From: a virus
Taxonomy: Duplodnaviria > Caudoviricetes
DNA length: 57,850 nt
Virus record (IMG/VR): IMGVR_UViG_3300025655_000041
Coordinates: 1-57,850 of that record
Direction: 5' to 3' (one strand)
The position numbers and the translations under genes were made by a program. Positions 48,033 to 57,468 of this stretch are shown here, in pieces. Under the pieces are notes generated by a model. The model was not told the origin of the DNA and made no database searches. It was given only the letters and a program-made list of their open reading frames with translations. How positions within the stretch are numbered: the stretch's first letter is position 1; every line of letters begins with the position of its first letter.

Positions 48033-48374
48033 TTAAGTATTGATTACCAAATCGGAGTATTCTGTAATTAAGATCTTTTTAAGTTTCTTAAGGTTATTAG
48101 AATCTTGCATAAAGGCAGGATCATGTAGATCTAGTTTATGGTCTTCAAGAATCTTAATAGCTACAATGTCAGGGATAGTTGCCATCTTACGGTATCCACT
48201 TTTTGTTTTACCATAATATGATTCTTTATCTCGCTGAAGCTTTGCTGCTTCCTTATACTTTGAAATATCTTGTACTGCTTGCCAATCTCCACTCTGAAGA
48301 TCAAAGCCAGCTTGAATACCTTCATTGGCTCCTACAGTTGCACTATAGAATTTAAAATCTGTTTCTTTACTCAT
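48033..48374 (-). CDS. Conserved hypothetical protein downstream of the capsid gene
   Basis: QDIS...RKMATIP motif. Confidence 0.7.
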   Translation of the reverse strand: MSKETDFKFYSATVGANEGIQAGFDLQSGDWQAVQDISKYKEAAKLQRDKESYYGKTKSGYRKMATIPDIVAIKILEDHKLDLHDPAFMQDSNNLKKLKKILITEYSDLVINT

Positions 48375-48390
48375 GTCCTCTCCTACTTAA

Positions 48391-48612
48391 TTAGGCGGGT
48401 TCTGTATACGATACAAAACGACCTGACTTTCCAATATATCCTAATTGAGCACCTGCCGGGGCTGCAGCTGGAGCCGCGCCGACCGCAATTGTTGGTGATC
48501 CAATAGTTAAGTGTGTTAGCTTATAACCGTTACCGCCGCTTACAGCAGCAGTGCGCCATACACATGTTTCAGCGGGGTAAGTATTCCCGTTAGCAGTTTG
48601 AATAACTAGCAT
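48391..48612 (-). CDS. Small late protein (possible decoration protein)
   Basis: AGGAG RBS. Confidence 0.65.
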   Translation of the reverse strand: MLVIQTANGNTYPAETCVWRTAAVSGGNGYKLTHLTIGSPTIAVGAAPAAAPAGAQLGYIGKSGRFVSYTEPA

Positions 48613-48634
48613 TTACTTTACTCCTATTTGTTTA

Positions 48635-49045
48635 TTAACGTCTGTTTTTACGACTAGCTGCATACTTTTTAGCACGTTCACGCAATTGTGAAGGGCTTTC
48701 AGTATGTGAAGCCTTACGCAATGTTTCTTCAGTTTTTGATTTAGTAGGACTGGTTTTAGAACCACCATACTTACCTTGTATTTGCATACTACGGGTAGCT
48801 ACTTCTTGAGCAGTCTTATCTTTATTTTTTACATCCATTAAAGCCATTTGTGTACGCGTCATACCGGCATATGGATTATCGCTAGCTGAGCCAGCTTGCA
48901 TAGCCTTAGGCGGAATTGTAATAGTTTGACCTACACGAATTTGATTAGCGTTTTTAATTTGTGGATTAGCAGCAAGTAAAGCTTTGAGCGTCATACCTTT
49001 ACTTTTAGCAATTTGTGATAATGTATCACCTGATTTAATTTTCAT
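48635..49045 (-). CDS. LysM domain protein
   Basis: IKSGDTLSQIA...LLAANPQIKNANQIRVGQTITIP. Confidence 0.88.
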   Translation of the reverse strand: MKIKSGDTLSQIAKSKGMTLKALLAANPQIKNANQIRVGQTITIPPKAMQAGSASDNPYAGMTRTQMALMDVKNKDKTAQEVATRSMQIQGKYGGSKTSPTKSKTEETLRKASHTESPSQLRERAKKYAASRKNRR

Positions 49046-49047
49046 CT

Positions 49048-49185
49048 TTAACGCCCCTTAAAAACAGTACCGCCAGCAGATTTATACTGAGGATCCATCT
49101 TCATATCTTTATTAGTTTCTTTATTTAAGCATTTACCCATTGCCATGCATTTTTTAGGTGTTGGACACCCCGGACAAGTTTTCAT
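49048..49185 (-). CDS. Small late protein (45 aa) with four Cys and a DPQYKSAGG tail
   Basis: GGAG RBS; MKTCPGCPTPKKCMAMGKC...DPQYKSAGGTVFKGR. Confidence 0.7.
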   Translation of the reverse strand: MKTCPGCPTPKKCMAMGKCLNKETNKDMKMDPQYKSAGGTVFKGR

Positions 49186-49235
49186 ACCTATCTCCCCTTA
49201 TAAACTATGCCACCAGCAGATTTATACTGAGGATC
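49073..49235. repeat. Exact 23-nt direct repeat (49073-49095 and 49213-49235)
   Basis: CCAGCAGATTTATACTGAGGATC twice, 140 nt apart. Confidence 0.9.
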
Positions 49236-49364
49236 TACTTTAAGACCAGTAGTTTTTTCAGTATTCATTGGATGATTAGGCCGAGCATTTTTAGGTGGTT
49301 TAGGTTTAGGAAGTGGACCTTTATAATTTTTTTCTTGTTCAAGCATTTTAATTTTTATTGGCAT
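49188..49364 (-). CDS. Small basic late protein (58 aa) with a DPQYKSAGG tail
   Basis: AGGAG RBS; ends DPQYKSAGGIVYKGR. Confidence 0.7.
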   Translation of the reverse strand: MPIKIKMLEQEKNYKGPLPKPKPPKNARPNHPMNTEKTTGLKVDPQYKSAGGIVYKGR

Positions 49365-49380
49365 TAGTCTCTCCTATAGT

Positions 49381-49411
49381 AAAAAGAGGGGAAGCCCGAA
49401 AGCCTCCCCTC
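49381..49411 (-). terminator. Intrinsic terminator after the major capsid gene
   Basis: GAGGGGAGGC-TTTCGG-GCTTCCCCTC-TTTTT. Confidence 0.85.
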
Positions 49412-49419
49412 AATAAAAC

Positions 49420-50589
49420 CTACTCTAGGCCGTAGATAGCACCACAACCCAATGGGTTACGGACTTCCAAGGTTGATTCTTCAACCATCATGCCTTTAGT
49501 TGAGTCGCCTTGCTGGCCTACATCAACTTCTGCAAGAGGACGCAGAGTTGCTACAGCAAACCACATTGGATCATAAATCAATGCAGAGAAGTTAGCAAGG
49601 TTGGTAACACCAGCGCCTGAGTGAGCAACGTTGTTGTCACCAGTAAACGCGAAGTTGTTTGTGAGACCCATGATGTAGTTAGGAACTACCATCAGATCAC
49701 CGAAGTCTGACATATAGATGTCAACTGACTGACGCAGTTTGCCTGAGTCGTCAATGTTACGCTGTACGCCTGTGTCGCCAACCATCAGGTCAGAGAAGTC
49801 ACGGCGAAGCTTTGGTGACAGCATGATCTTTGAGGCTTTACCGCCTTGCTCATAGATCTTCTGCATGACTGAGTCAATGTTAGTCAAAGCAATTGGGTCA
49901 CGATCAGGTGCAGTTGTTGAACCAGCAATGGTTGAACGCGCTACGGCTGTACCGTCTGCATCTGTACCAGCACCAGTTGTTGCTGCTGAAGGAGCCTGGA
50001 ATTCACCAACGTAGTCAACTGTTGAAGCTGAGTTGATGAAAGACTGATAACCACCAGCTGAACGAGCGTTAGCGTTCTGTGTACCTACAGCGTTTGAAAC
50101 ATTCATTGAGTGAACCATGTCAAACTCAACGTCACGGCGCAGTTCAGTACCACGCTTCTTCAACTGATAGGCATACTCATCAGCTACACCAGCCTGATCT
50201 ACTGCACGGCGTGTGCCTGATACAGCAATTGTCTTACCGTTGATCTGAGTGTAGTTACCCAGACGAGTACGGTATGGACCTGAAATAGCAAACTTGTTGC
50301 CAGTTGCAGGTGTTGCACCTGTGCCGCCTGAACCAGTTGTGTCTGGTGCAATCCAGTCTGTACCTTCGCCAATGCGAGAGTTGCCTGGTGCTTCCAGCTG
50401 GTCTGTCTGCCACTCATGGTAGATAGCTGTTGCTTTTGCTTTGCCAATAGATGACATGAAAGGGGTTTCATCACGAGTAATCATCGTGATAAAGTTGGCA
50501 AGATCCTCACGCTGTGAGACGTCTTTGCCGGTTCCGCGAGCTGGTCCTCCTGGACCTCCGGTGCCGCGAACACCAAGATTATTAGCCAT
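49420..50589 (-). CDS. Major capsid protein (DUF5309 / SU10-like)
   Basis: REDL...TPF, HEWQTD, NYTQI, ELRRDVE, E.TLEVRN; biased codon use; terminator downstream. Confidence 0.9.
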   Translation of the reverse strand: MANNLGVRGTGGPGGPARGTGKDVSQREDLANFITMITRDETPFMSSIGKAKATAIYHEWQTDQLEAPGNSRIGEGTDWIAPDTTGSGGTGATPATGNKFAISGPYRTRLGNYTQINGKTIAVSGTRRAVDQAGVADEYAYQLKKRGTELRRDVEFDMVHSMNVSNAVGTQNANARSAGGYQSFINSASTVDYVGEFQAPSAATTGAGTDADGTAVARSTIAGSTTAPDRDPIALTNIDSVMQKIYEQGGKASKIMLSPKLRRDFSDLMVGDTGVQRNIDDSGKLRQSVDIYMSDFGDLMVVPNYIMGLTNNFAFTGDNNVAHSGAGVTNLANFSALIYDPMWFAVATLRPLAEVDVGQQGDSTKGMMVEESTLEVRNPLGCGAIYGLE

Positions 50590-50610
50590 TATTCATATAC
50601 CTCCGAGGTA

Positions 50611-51711
50611 TTATAAGTTAAGTGAGCGTTGTGCTAAACTCCTAAGGAAATCTTGTTGTTCATCAGCTGAAGCATTACCACTTAAAGCCTTCTGCCTTAA
50701 TCGTTCTGCATTACTTGTTTCCTTCTGGGAACGAGTTTTAGCTTTACGAATAGGCGCTTTTTTAACTACAGTAGTTTTACGTTTAGCTTGGCCTTTAGAA
50801 ACACCTTGTTTTAAACGACGATAGTCATCAACAAACTTAACGATAATAGGATCTGCAATAGTATCTAGTATTTCAGGTGCAATTCCTTCTCCAATAGCAA
50901 ATTCACGAATTGCCATTGCAGTATCTTCATTAAAGTCAGGGATTAGAGTTGGAATTGTTTCATTGAAATAATTCAATTGCTCTGACCATTGTTGTTCTAT
51001 CTTTGCTTCTTCTTGTTTCTGAACTGTCTCTACTAGTGTTTCACGTTTTTTGCGTGCTTCCCAGTATTGCTTTTGAGATTGCTCTCGCTTATCTTTCAGT
51101 TCATTAACTTCATAGGTGTCGCCATCGGCACGAGCTTGTTCAATTGCTGCTTCAATCTCATGGTATTCCTTAGCGAGTTCTTGTTCTTGACTATAGAGCA
51201 CAGCAGCAGAAGCTTGAGCCATTGAGTTAATCTCTTGGATTTTACTCTGATATTCCTCTTCCATTGCTTTTCGTGCTTCGCCAAGTTCACGACCCTTGTT
51301 AGAAAGATGTTGTTCAGTAGAATAACCTTTGATAAGGTCATTAAAGGTAACAGCTACTTCTTTCCCGTCAATTTTAACGAGTACAGCAGCATCCAAATCG
51401 AGGTCATCAGTAGTGTAGACATCAGCTTCTTGGGTAGACGTATCATCCTCATCCTCTGCTTCCACTTCTTCTTCTTCGATTTCTTCTTCATCATCAACGT
51501 TATCGGCTTCGTCTGATTCTTCTGGGTCTTCGTCATCAGAGTCTTCCGCGTCTAACTGTGGTACTTGCTCATCGGGTAGAGATTCATCGTCTCTGAGAAA
51601 CTCAGTATTACGAAGAATGTCAGCCAGCATAGCCTCTTCAGTTCGACTTTCACCCGTTGCTACAGAGTCATCCAATTGGGTAGAGTCTGTTATTGCATTG
51701 GTATTTTCCAT
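50611..51711 (-). CDS. Capsid scaffolding protein
   Basis: Acidic N-terminus, VKIDGKE..VT..DLIKGY, coiled coil; upstream of the capsid gene. Confidence 0.85.
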   Translation of the reverse strand: MENTNAITDSTQLDDSVATGESRTEEAMLADILRNTEFLRDDESLPDEQVPQLDAEDSDDEDPEESDEADNVDDEEEIEEEEVEAEDEDDTSTQEADVYTTDDLDLDAAVLVKIDGKEVAVTFNDLIKGYSTEQHLSNKGRELGEARKAMEEEYQSKIQEINSMAQASAAVLYSQEQELAKEYHEIEAAIEQARADGDTYEVNELKDKREQSQKQYWEARKKRETLVETVQKQEEAKIEQQWSEQLNYFNETIPTLIPDFNEDTAMAIREFAIGEGIAPEILDTIADPIIVKFVDDYRRLKQGVSKGQAKRKTTVVKKAPIRKAKTRSQKETSNAERLRQKALSGNASADEQQDFLRSLAQRSLNL

Positions 51712-51713
51712 TT

Positions 51714-51920
51714 CTAATTACCTCCCTTCTTGGTAACAGGTGCTACCGCAGGTTTAGGTTGTTTAGAACTATAACGATCTTTAAGCTCGTGCATATAATA
51801 AAGTACTTCAGCGTTAAGCTTTGCTTTACCTGCACTGCGCATAGAGTCATACTCTAGCGTATCAATCATAGTTTCATAATTCTTAATAAGTTGGGCGTAA
51901 TCAATTAGTCGCTTCGCCAT
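51714..51920 (-). CDS. Hypothetical protein
   Basis: GGAGG RBS. Confidence 0.65.
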   Translation of the reverse strand: MAKRLIDYAQLIKNYETMIDTLEYDSMRSAGKAKLNAEVLYYMHELKDRYSSKQPKPAVAPVTKKGGN

Positions 51921-52242
51921 TAGTGTCCTCCATCATATGCGGAATATTCTTCCCATACATTTCAAAGCCTATCATTTTTTCTTTAACACTTCCTAGTGCC
52001 ATAGCAGAGCTATAGAGAAACTCACGAGACTTTGTTTCATGCGGCTCCGTCTTGAGCCATTCAATAAAGAGGTCGATTAGAACCTCACCGTATACTTCAT
52101 CAAAGAATTCATCCCGTTCCTTGGCAGCGAAGTGACCCTTAACATGAGCCCTTCGCGCCAATTCTTCAGGATGAACTTTATGATTACCGTATGACTTAGT
52201 ATTACCTAGCTTCGTCTCAGCTGTCTTGCGGTATTTGTCCAT
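51901..52242 (-). CDS. Hypothetical head-assembly-region protein
   Basis: W..TEP.E...RE.LY motif, directly after the portal gene. Confidence 0.7.
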   Translation of the reverse strand: MDKYRKTAETKLGNTKSYGNHKVHPEELARRAHVKGHFAAKERDEFFDEVYGEVLIDLFIEWLKTEPHETKSREFLYSSAMALGSVKEKMIGFEMYGKNIPHMMEDTNGEATN

Positions 52243-54391
52243 CTTGTTGTGTTATTTCCTGTTGTTGCGGTTCTGGCTGTCCCATAATAATTTGCCGGGC
52301 TAGCATAAGAACCTGATCATAGGAAGGATGTTCCGGTATAATAGCACCTTCCTTAGTTGCTTTAATTGCGATATCTGCCCACTCTTGGAAGTGTTTATCA
52401 ATAGACACTGCAAGTTGTCGAGCATTATCATCCATAGTATTTTTAGCTTGAGCATGAGTATAACTAACGTTAGCTTCTGCTAGTGCAGCATCAGCTTCCT
52501 TCTTACGTTGTTCAATGGCTTGATTAGCCTGAGCGTCTTTACTCTGTTGCTCAATCGCCTGAGCTGCTTTCTGCTTAAATTCTTCTTGAGTATAATCTTC
52601 AAGAAAATCATTACTATCAATTCCCATAGCTTCAATTAGTTTAGTTGCTAGTACAGCAGGAGCTGTTGGTTTAATTACCATACCTGCACCCTGTTGATTT
52701 AGACCCGGTAGAATCTCTGCTCCTACCTTGCTAAGTTTATTGATAATGGTAGCATTAGAGTTTTCACCGATATCGAGGAAAATCTCTACGTCCATCTTTG
52801 AAGGTAACTCACTCATGTTAACAATACCATAGACTCCGTCTAGAGAATAAGGTTGCTTACCTTTCATATTAGCATACATGGTTTGATAGATGCCAGCAAT
52901 AAGTCGCTTAAATCCAGTCTCCGCAAATCTACGCGCGATATGCTGGATCCTCTTCTGAGCAGCTGATTGTACAGCTGAAAGCTTCTGTTCAGAGTTACCC
53001 GATACATAAAGAGTATCGTTTAGACCCTGTGCAGCTTTTGACATACCTGTTGCTTGTTCTTTAATCATCTGTAGATGTTCAAGCAATGGTACGGTACCTG
53101 TTGAAATAGTTTCTGGTGCTAGTGCTGCTACTGCGCCCTGTGGATTACCGTTAGTTGGAATAATCTGCTTAGGCTTCATGTTTTGTAGCGCACTAAAGTC
53201 TACTACGTTTGGATCAGCTAGCTTAGGAGAATAGTTGGTTAAATAAGTATTCTCTACAAATCCACGAAGGATTGCTGTGCTAGCAAGAGTAGAAGACCTG
53301 GTAAAGTCTGCCATTGATAAACCAAAGAATTCGTGTGGGATATCAATTGGTACGATACTAGCTAGCGGAACATACTCAGCGTCTTCTTCATAGAGAATAT
53401 GATTCCCTACTGTAATAAAGTGCTTAAGCTCTGCAATACCGTCTCCGTCTCTATCTACCCGAATCCAAGACTCAGTTAGTGTAACTTCACGGCTGGCTTC
53501 TGCAGGATAAGTATTTTTACCTTCGTATCCTTGCCAGTATCTCTGACCAGTAATTTCTTTTCTAGCAGCAACGTCTTCACTGTAGTTACCACTACCTAGC
53601 CAATCTTCGTCACTTCCTAGAGATTGCCACTCTTGTTCTGTTAACCCCTCTGCCCACTCAGGGTAGAACTTACGGAGGTCTGAACGTGTCATCTCTGACT
53701 GAATACCAACAAAGTTAGCGTCTTCAATGTCTTTAGCTTCGTTACTAATTCTGAAAGACTCAGGTGGAATAACCTCTAGCTTAATGCGGCTCTTATCGAT
53801 CTTCTTGCGTAGTCGTACATCAATATAAGAAATAGTCTCTGATGTAGGATTGAGCGTTAGCTCGTTGACAATTTCAATGTTTTCATCTGAGAGAATCTCA
53901 TCGAGTTTAGCCTCATCGATCTCCTCATATTCTTCCATTACGTAGTCGAAGTCTTCGATATAGTCCCAGCGAATAACGCTATTCTTCCAGAGAAGAGAAG
54001 CCTTCATCCAAGTCTGTAGGATTTCCCATCCTTTATTCTTTTTAAAGATGCAGTAGTTAACTAGGTTAGCTGCATCTTTAGCGGCTTTAAAAGCCCCTGG
54101 AGTGTCATCGTAGGGTATAAACCTAGCGATTTTATTATTAGACAAAAATAGGTCGGAGAGTACGGCTGTATAAGCCTCCACTACTTCAGTAGTACTCGTA
54201 TCTACAATTGTACTTACGCCTTGAGGAGCAAGATGTGCTGCTGCAACTCCGGCATACTCATAAGTAGACTTAAGCCTCTCCCTTGTTAGATCTGAACTGT
54301 TTAACCAGTCACCTGAAGAACTCTGAACTCCTGCCTCAATAATGTTAACTAGTTCTTCATCCGATACGGCTTCTTTATAACGATATCCCAT
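52217..54391 (-). CDS. Portal protein
   Basis: 724 aa; IPPESF, DRDGDGIAEL, PHEFFGLS.AD; lies between terminase and scaffold. Confidence 0.9.
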   Translation of the reverse strand: MGYRYKEAVSDEELVNIIEAGVQSSSGDWLNSSDLTRERLKSTYEYAGVAAAHLAPQGVSTIVDTSTTEVVEAYTAVLSDLFLSNNKIARFIPYDDTPGAFKAAKDAANLVNYCIFKKNKGWEILQTWMKASLLWKNSVIRWDYIEDFDYVMEEYEEIDEAKLDEILSDENIEIVNELTLNPTSETISYIDVRLRKKIDKSRIKLEVIPPESFRISNEAKDIEDANFVGIQSEMTRSDLRKFYPEWAEGLTEQEWQSLGSDEDWLGSGNYSEDVAARKEITGQRYWQGYEGKNTYPAEASREVTLTESWIRVDRDGDGIAELKHFITVGNHILYEEDAEYVPLASIVPIDIPHEFFGLSMADFTRSSTLASTAILRGFVENTYLTNYSPKLADPNVVDFSALQNMKPKQIIPTNGNPQGAVAALAPETISTGTVPLLEHLQMIKEQATGMSKAAQGLNDTLYVSGNSEQKLSAVQSAAQKRIQHIARRFAETGFKRLIAGIYQTMYANMKGKQPYSLDGVYGIVNMSELPSKMDVEIFLDIGENSNATIINKLSKVGAEILPGLNQQGAGMVIKPTAPAVLATKLIEAMGIDSNDFLEDYTQEEFKQKAAQAIEQQSKDAQANQAIEQRKKEADAALAEANVSYTHAQAKNTMDDNARQLAVSIDKHFQEWADIAIKATKEGAIIPEHPSYDQVLMLARQIIMGQPEPQQQEITQQDGQIPQDS

Positions 54392-54552
54392 TAGAGTTTA
54401 CCGCCCGTACCACTATAGACAGGCTTACTGCCTTCCATAGTCTTTTGGTTATAACCTTTAGATCCTGGTTGAGAAAGAGGAACCTTACGTTCCGTTGGTT
54501 TCTTAACCGAAGATATAGGCTTAACCTGTTGATATCTTCCTACTTGTGTCAT
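54391..54552 (-). CDS. Small basic protein (53 aa)
   Basis: AGGAG RBS; TAATG coupling to the portal gene. Confidence 0.6.
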   Translation of the reverse strand: MTQVGRYQQVKPISSVKKPTERKVPLSQPGSKGYNQKTMEGSKPVYSGTGGKL

Positions 54553-54567
54553 TTACCGCTCCTGGGT

Positions 54568-54843
54568 TTACCACTTAACTTTATTAGCCCAATAAGCTGC
54601 ACTCATTGGACCTTTTTTAATATTTGTTGCATGGCGAGCCTTCCAGCCCTGCCTACGCTTACGATAGCTTTCGCTTTCGCCTTGTTTCTTTGGACTTCCA
54701 GATACACCTTGAGAACCAAATCTAATTAGCTTTTCTTTACCGCCACTACGAGCTAAAACTGCATGAGACTTGGTAGGGTGGCTAGGGGTTCTTTTAGGTT
54801 TATTGTAACCACTGAAGGTTTCATTACCTTTTTCTATTGTCAT
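54568..54843 (-). CDS. Conserved basic phage protein (DUF6321-like)
   Basis: GYNKPKRTP.HPTKSH.V...KLIRFG.QG...ARH...SAAYWA. Confidence 0.75.
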   Translation of the reverse strand: MTIEKGNETFSGYNKPKRTPSHPTKSHAVLARSGGKEKLIRFGSQGVSGSPKKQGESESYRKRRQGWKARHATNIKKGPMSAAYWANKVKW

Positions 54844-54943
54844 TTCTACCCGCCTCCTCTATTTGCTTAAGAGTTCTACCGCATCCAATACAGTACTTAC
54901 CCATTGCATCTAGCTTACATACTTTCACGCAGGGGCTTTTCAT
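54824..54943 (-). CDS. DUF1289-like Cys-rich microprotein (39 aa)
   Basis: SPCVKVCKLD...CIGCGRTL.QI; ATGA overlap. Confidence 0.7.
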   Translation of the reverse strand: MKSPCVKVCKLDAMGKYCIGCGRTLKQIEEAGRNDNRKR

Positions 54944-55137
54944 GCAACTTCTTTTTCTAACGCCTCTATTTCTTCTTTAAGAAGTCTTAGACGTTTTTTC
55001 TTTTGAATCTGTTCGCGTTCCTCTGGAGAGACATGACGCTCAAGGTGCATACGCCCAAAGCCATCGTGATAAATATCAATAGACTCTCCTGCCTTATAAT
55101 CTTCTTCTAATACCCAAGTTTTTTTAAATAACAACAT
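54940..55137 (-). CDS. Hypothetical protein
   Basis: AGGAG RBS. Confidence 0.7.
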   Translation of the reverse strand: MLLFKKTWVLEEDYKAGESIDIYHDGFGRMHLERHVSPEEREQIQKKKRLRLLKEEIEALEKEVA

Positions 55138-55146
55138 AGTTTTCTC

Positions 55147-55290
55147 CTATTTGTTTAGCTTTTCTTGCTTTACTATTGGACACTTATATTTTTTATGTCT
55201 ATTCTTTTTAAATCTTTTAAAGTCAAAACGAGATGGGCTTTTCCTACCCCTAGCAGCCCAGACTAGGTGAGGACAATGGTAGTTTTTCAT
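55147..55290 (-). CDS. Possible small basic ORF (47 aa)
   Basis: ATGA overlap with the TerS stop but no clear RBS. Confidence 0.3.
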   Translation of the reverse strand: MKNYHCPHLVWAARGRKSPSRFDFKRFKKNRHKKYKCPIVKQEKLNK

Positions 55291-55670
55291 TGTAGCGTAA
55301 GCCGATCTAGCTCCGCTTGTAACTCTTCGTCCGTGAGGTCTGAAGCGTCTAGGTTTGTCTGTGTAACATCCTGTCTACTTAGCTTCGGTGCTTGATATTC
55401 TGCTAGAATACTAGCAACCTTAATGATTTGATCTGTATCTCCCTCTTCCATTGCCTGTACTAGCACATAGTTTAGTGCCGATATAGCGTCAGGTGCCTCA
55501 TCTCCGAGGGATTTCATAGCAAGAATAGTCTGTTTAGCCAGTTCTCGCTTCTCTTTATTCTTTCGTCTTACCTCAAGTCCTCTTTTGCGCCATTCTTCAG
55601 CCATCTCGCTGTCTTTAATAGACACTAGGTTCTTGAGTCCTGGATGATTATCATCACCTCTTATAGCCAT
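55287..55670 (-). CDS. Putative terminase small subunit
   Basis: GGAGGAG RBS; adjacent to TerL; AEY.APKL...DLTDEEL C-terminus. Confidence 0.6.
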   Translation of the reverse strand: MAIRGDDNHPGLKNLVSIKDSEMAEEWRKRGLEVRRKNKEKRELAKQTILAMKSLGDEAPDAISALNYVLVQAMEEGDTDQIIKVASILAEYQAPKLSRQDVTQTNLDASDLTDEELQAELDRLTLQ

Positions 55671-57286
55671 TGTGTATTCTCCTCCACTAAGTGGCCTACC
55701 TTGTCTCTCCACGAGACATTATCATCAGTTAACCTATGCTGGTGTGTTCTATAGGCTTCAAATGCGATTGCAAGAGCCATAACAGTATCATCATAGTTTC
55801 CTGGGAGGGCATTAGTTGACCCGTTTTCTGCTGAGACATAGGTTCTTAACTCCCCAACCATTACGTCTGAGGGAATCCATACGTCTTCTTCCTCAATTGC
55901 TCGCTTAAGGTTTCCTATTACCATAGGTTTTGTAGAGACAGTAGTCCTAAAGCCAGGTTTTCCACCTTCATCGTTAAGAAGATTAGCTGCTTTAGTCTGA
56001 TAGTATAGGTTCACATAGTTCATTTGCTTTAAACGGTTAAGTGTAGCAATTCCTAAACTATTACTCTCCACTGCTAGTAAGGCATTATTGTAGTATCTAC
56101 CCAAATAGAATAGAATATCACCAAAGTTACTAGGATCCGTGAAGTTATCTCTAAACAGCGCACAGACTTGTCTCTCCTTATTAAGAATAACTGCTGTACT
56201 GTAGTCTTGACCTACGCCAAGTGCTACATCAGCACCAATAATAAACCTACCTTCGAATGAGGGGGGTACCCATATTTCCAAGTGACCTTCTTTAGCATCT
56301 TCAAAGTAACTACTTTTATCGTCATACTCTCTAACGTAGTCAGGAGCAATAACCTGTATACCGTTAATAACCTCTTGGTCAAAAACACTGTTACCTGAGA
56401 CAAGAAAAGCCTCTTCAGGACTAGCAGGGTACTCTTGACGGAACTTTCGCTCCCCTGACTCTGCTATCTTTAGCCTTCTCCAGTAGAGCTGGTCGTTATC
56501 CAGTTCATACTTTTCCACTAGATCCCATTCTTCTACTGTTAACTCTAGATCTTCCGGTGCTTTCCTACGATATTCATTTGTAATAAACCAAGGTAGGAAG
56601 ATAGGAATGTATTCATTCTCACCTTTCATAGCCCCCTGGTATAACCGATAGAACTCTCCACTGGCTCCATTAGCGGTACTTTCCAGTAATACCTCAGTAC
56701 CGTCTTCTTGAGAGATTCCCTGGAAGAGTCCTGCGAGTATCTGCTCGTCAAACTGCCAAAAGCCTACCTCTGATAGATGAGCGATAGTAGGGGTAGTTCC
56801 TCGTCCTGCTTCTTTAGCACCCGCCGTGTAGAGCCTATAGCCACTTTTGTTATGTTCGAATAGAATCTCCTTAGCGTTAGACTTGTTTAGCGCAGGTGGC
56901 TCTTCCATGTTATCGATAATGTTTCTCGACATATTGAAAAGAGCATCACTGGTAGCGCTATCATGCGCCATCACAACTGACCTGGTGTAAGGAGTGAAGA
57001 ATGTCTTCCAGAAGACTCTAGCAGCGCAGTAGGTACTGATGCCTTGTTGACGTGCCTTTAGAATAATTGCGCGTACCTTTCCGGTAGCCTCTAGTTGTTC
57101 TTCAATCTTTTTATTTACGATAGACTGAGCCTCGTTAAACTCAAACGGAACGAAGCCTTGTGAAGCATTCTTTGTAATAATCCTAATTTGTTCTTTTGAA
57201 AAAAGAGCAAAGTCTTTTTTGTATGCCCCTAGCTTTTCTCTACGTTTGGCTTCTTTGAGAAGCTCTAGTTTACGCTTATTGTTCAT
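55661..57286 (-). CDS. terL: Terminase large subunit
   Basis: LKARQQGIST, HLSE, ESTANG, FRQEYP, IGADVA.G...DYS, DDTVMA. Confidence 0.95.
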   Translation of the reverse strand: MNNKRKLELLKEAKRREKLGAYKKDFALFSKEQIRIITKNASQGFVPFEFNEAQSIVNKKIEEQLEATGKVRAIILKARQQGISTYCAARVFWKTFFTPYTRSVVMAHDSATSDALFNMSRNIIDNMEEPPALNKSNAKEILFEHNKSGYRLYTAGAKEAGRGTTPTIAHLSEVGFWQFDEQILAGLFQGISQEDGTEVLLESTANGASGEFYRLYQGAMKGENEYIPIFLPWFITNEYRRKAPEDLELTVEEWDLVEKYELDNDQLYWRRLKIAESGERKFRQEYPASPEEAFLVSGNSVFDQEVINGIQVIAPDYVREYDDKSSYFEDAKEGHLEIWVPPSFEGRFIIGADVALGVGQDYSTAVILNKERQVCALFRDNFTDPSNFGDILFYLGRYYNNALLAVESNSLGIATLNRLKQMNYVNLYYQTKAANLLNDEGGKPGFRTTVSTKPMVIGNLKRAIEEEDVWIPSDVMVGELRTYVSAENGSTNALPGNYDDTVMALAIAFEAYRTHQHRLTDDNVSWRDKVGHLVEENTQWL

Positions 57287-57304
57287 TTAGTTGTCCTCTA
57301 AATA

Positions 57305-57325
57305 TCTCCTATAAGGGGGTGTTTA
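57305..57325 (-). promoter_or_regulatory. Putative phage late promoter driving the structural arm
   Basis: Minus strand TAAACACCCCCTTATAGGAGA, ending about 20 nt before the TerL start. Confidence 0.6.
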
Positions 57326-57468
57326 GGTCCAAAGTGGTACTAATGGTTTTTCTTTGTGTCTAAAAAAGATGTAAGTGTGGTTTGGGTTCCCCCGTCTGCT
57401 TTCGGGTCCCCCCCTGTTTCTCTGTGCGTGTCGGGCGCTTTCCCGTCTTTGCTGCTGTGGAGGCTGCT

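Noticed and set aside
49073-49235. 23-nt direct repeat as a mini-CRISPR or att site
   Set aside because: Only two copies 140 nt apart, both in-frame coding for DPQYKSAG; no cas or integrase gene.
17128-50824. Numerous antisense and out-of-frame ORFs in the track (e.g. 17128-17457, 27864-28145, 33455-33847, 50441-50824)
   Set aside because: Shadow ORFs lying within well-supported genes, with no motif support.
57389-57445. Two short CCCG/CGGG hairpins with GCTTT loops as N4-type vRNAP promoters
   Set aside because: Four-bp stems are expected by chance in a three-letter sequence, and the loops do not match the N4 3-nt loop.
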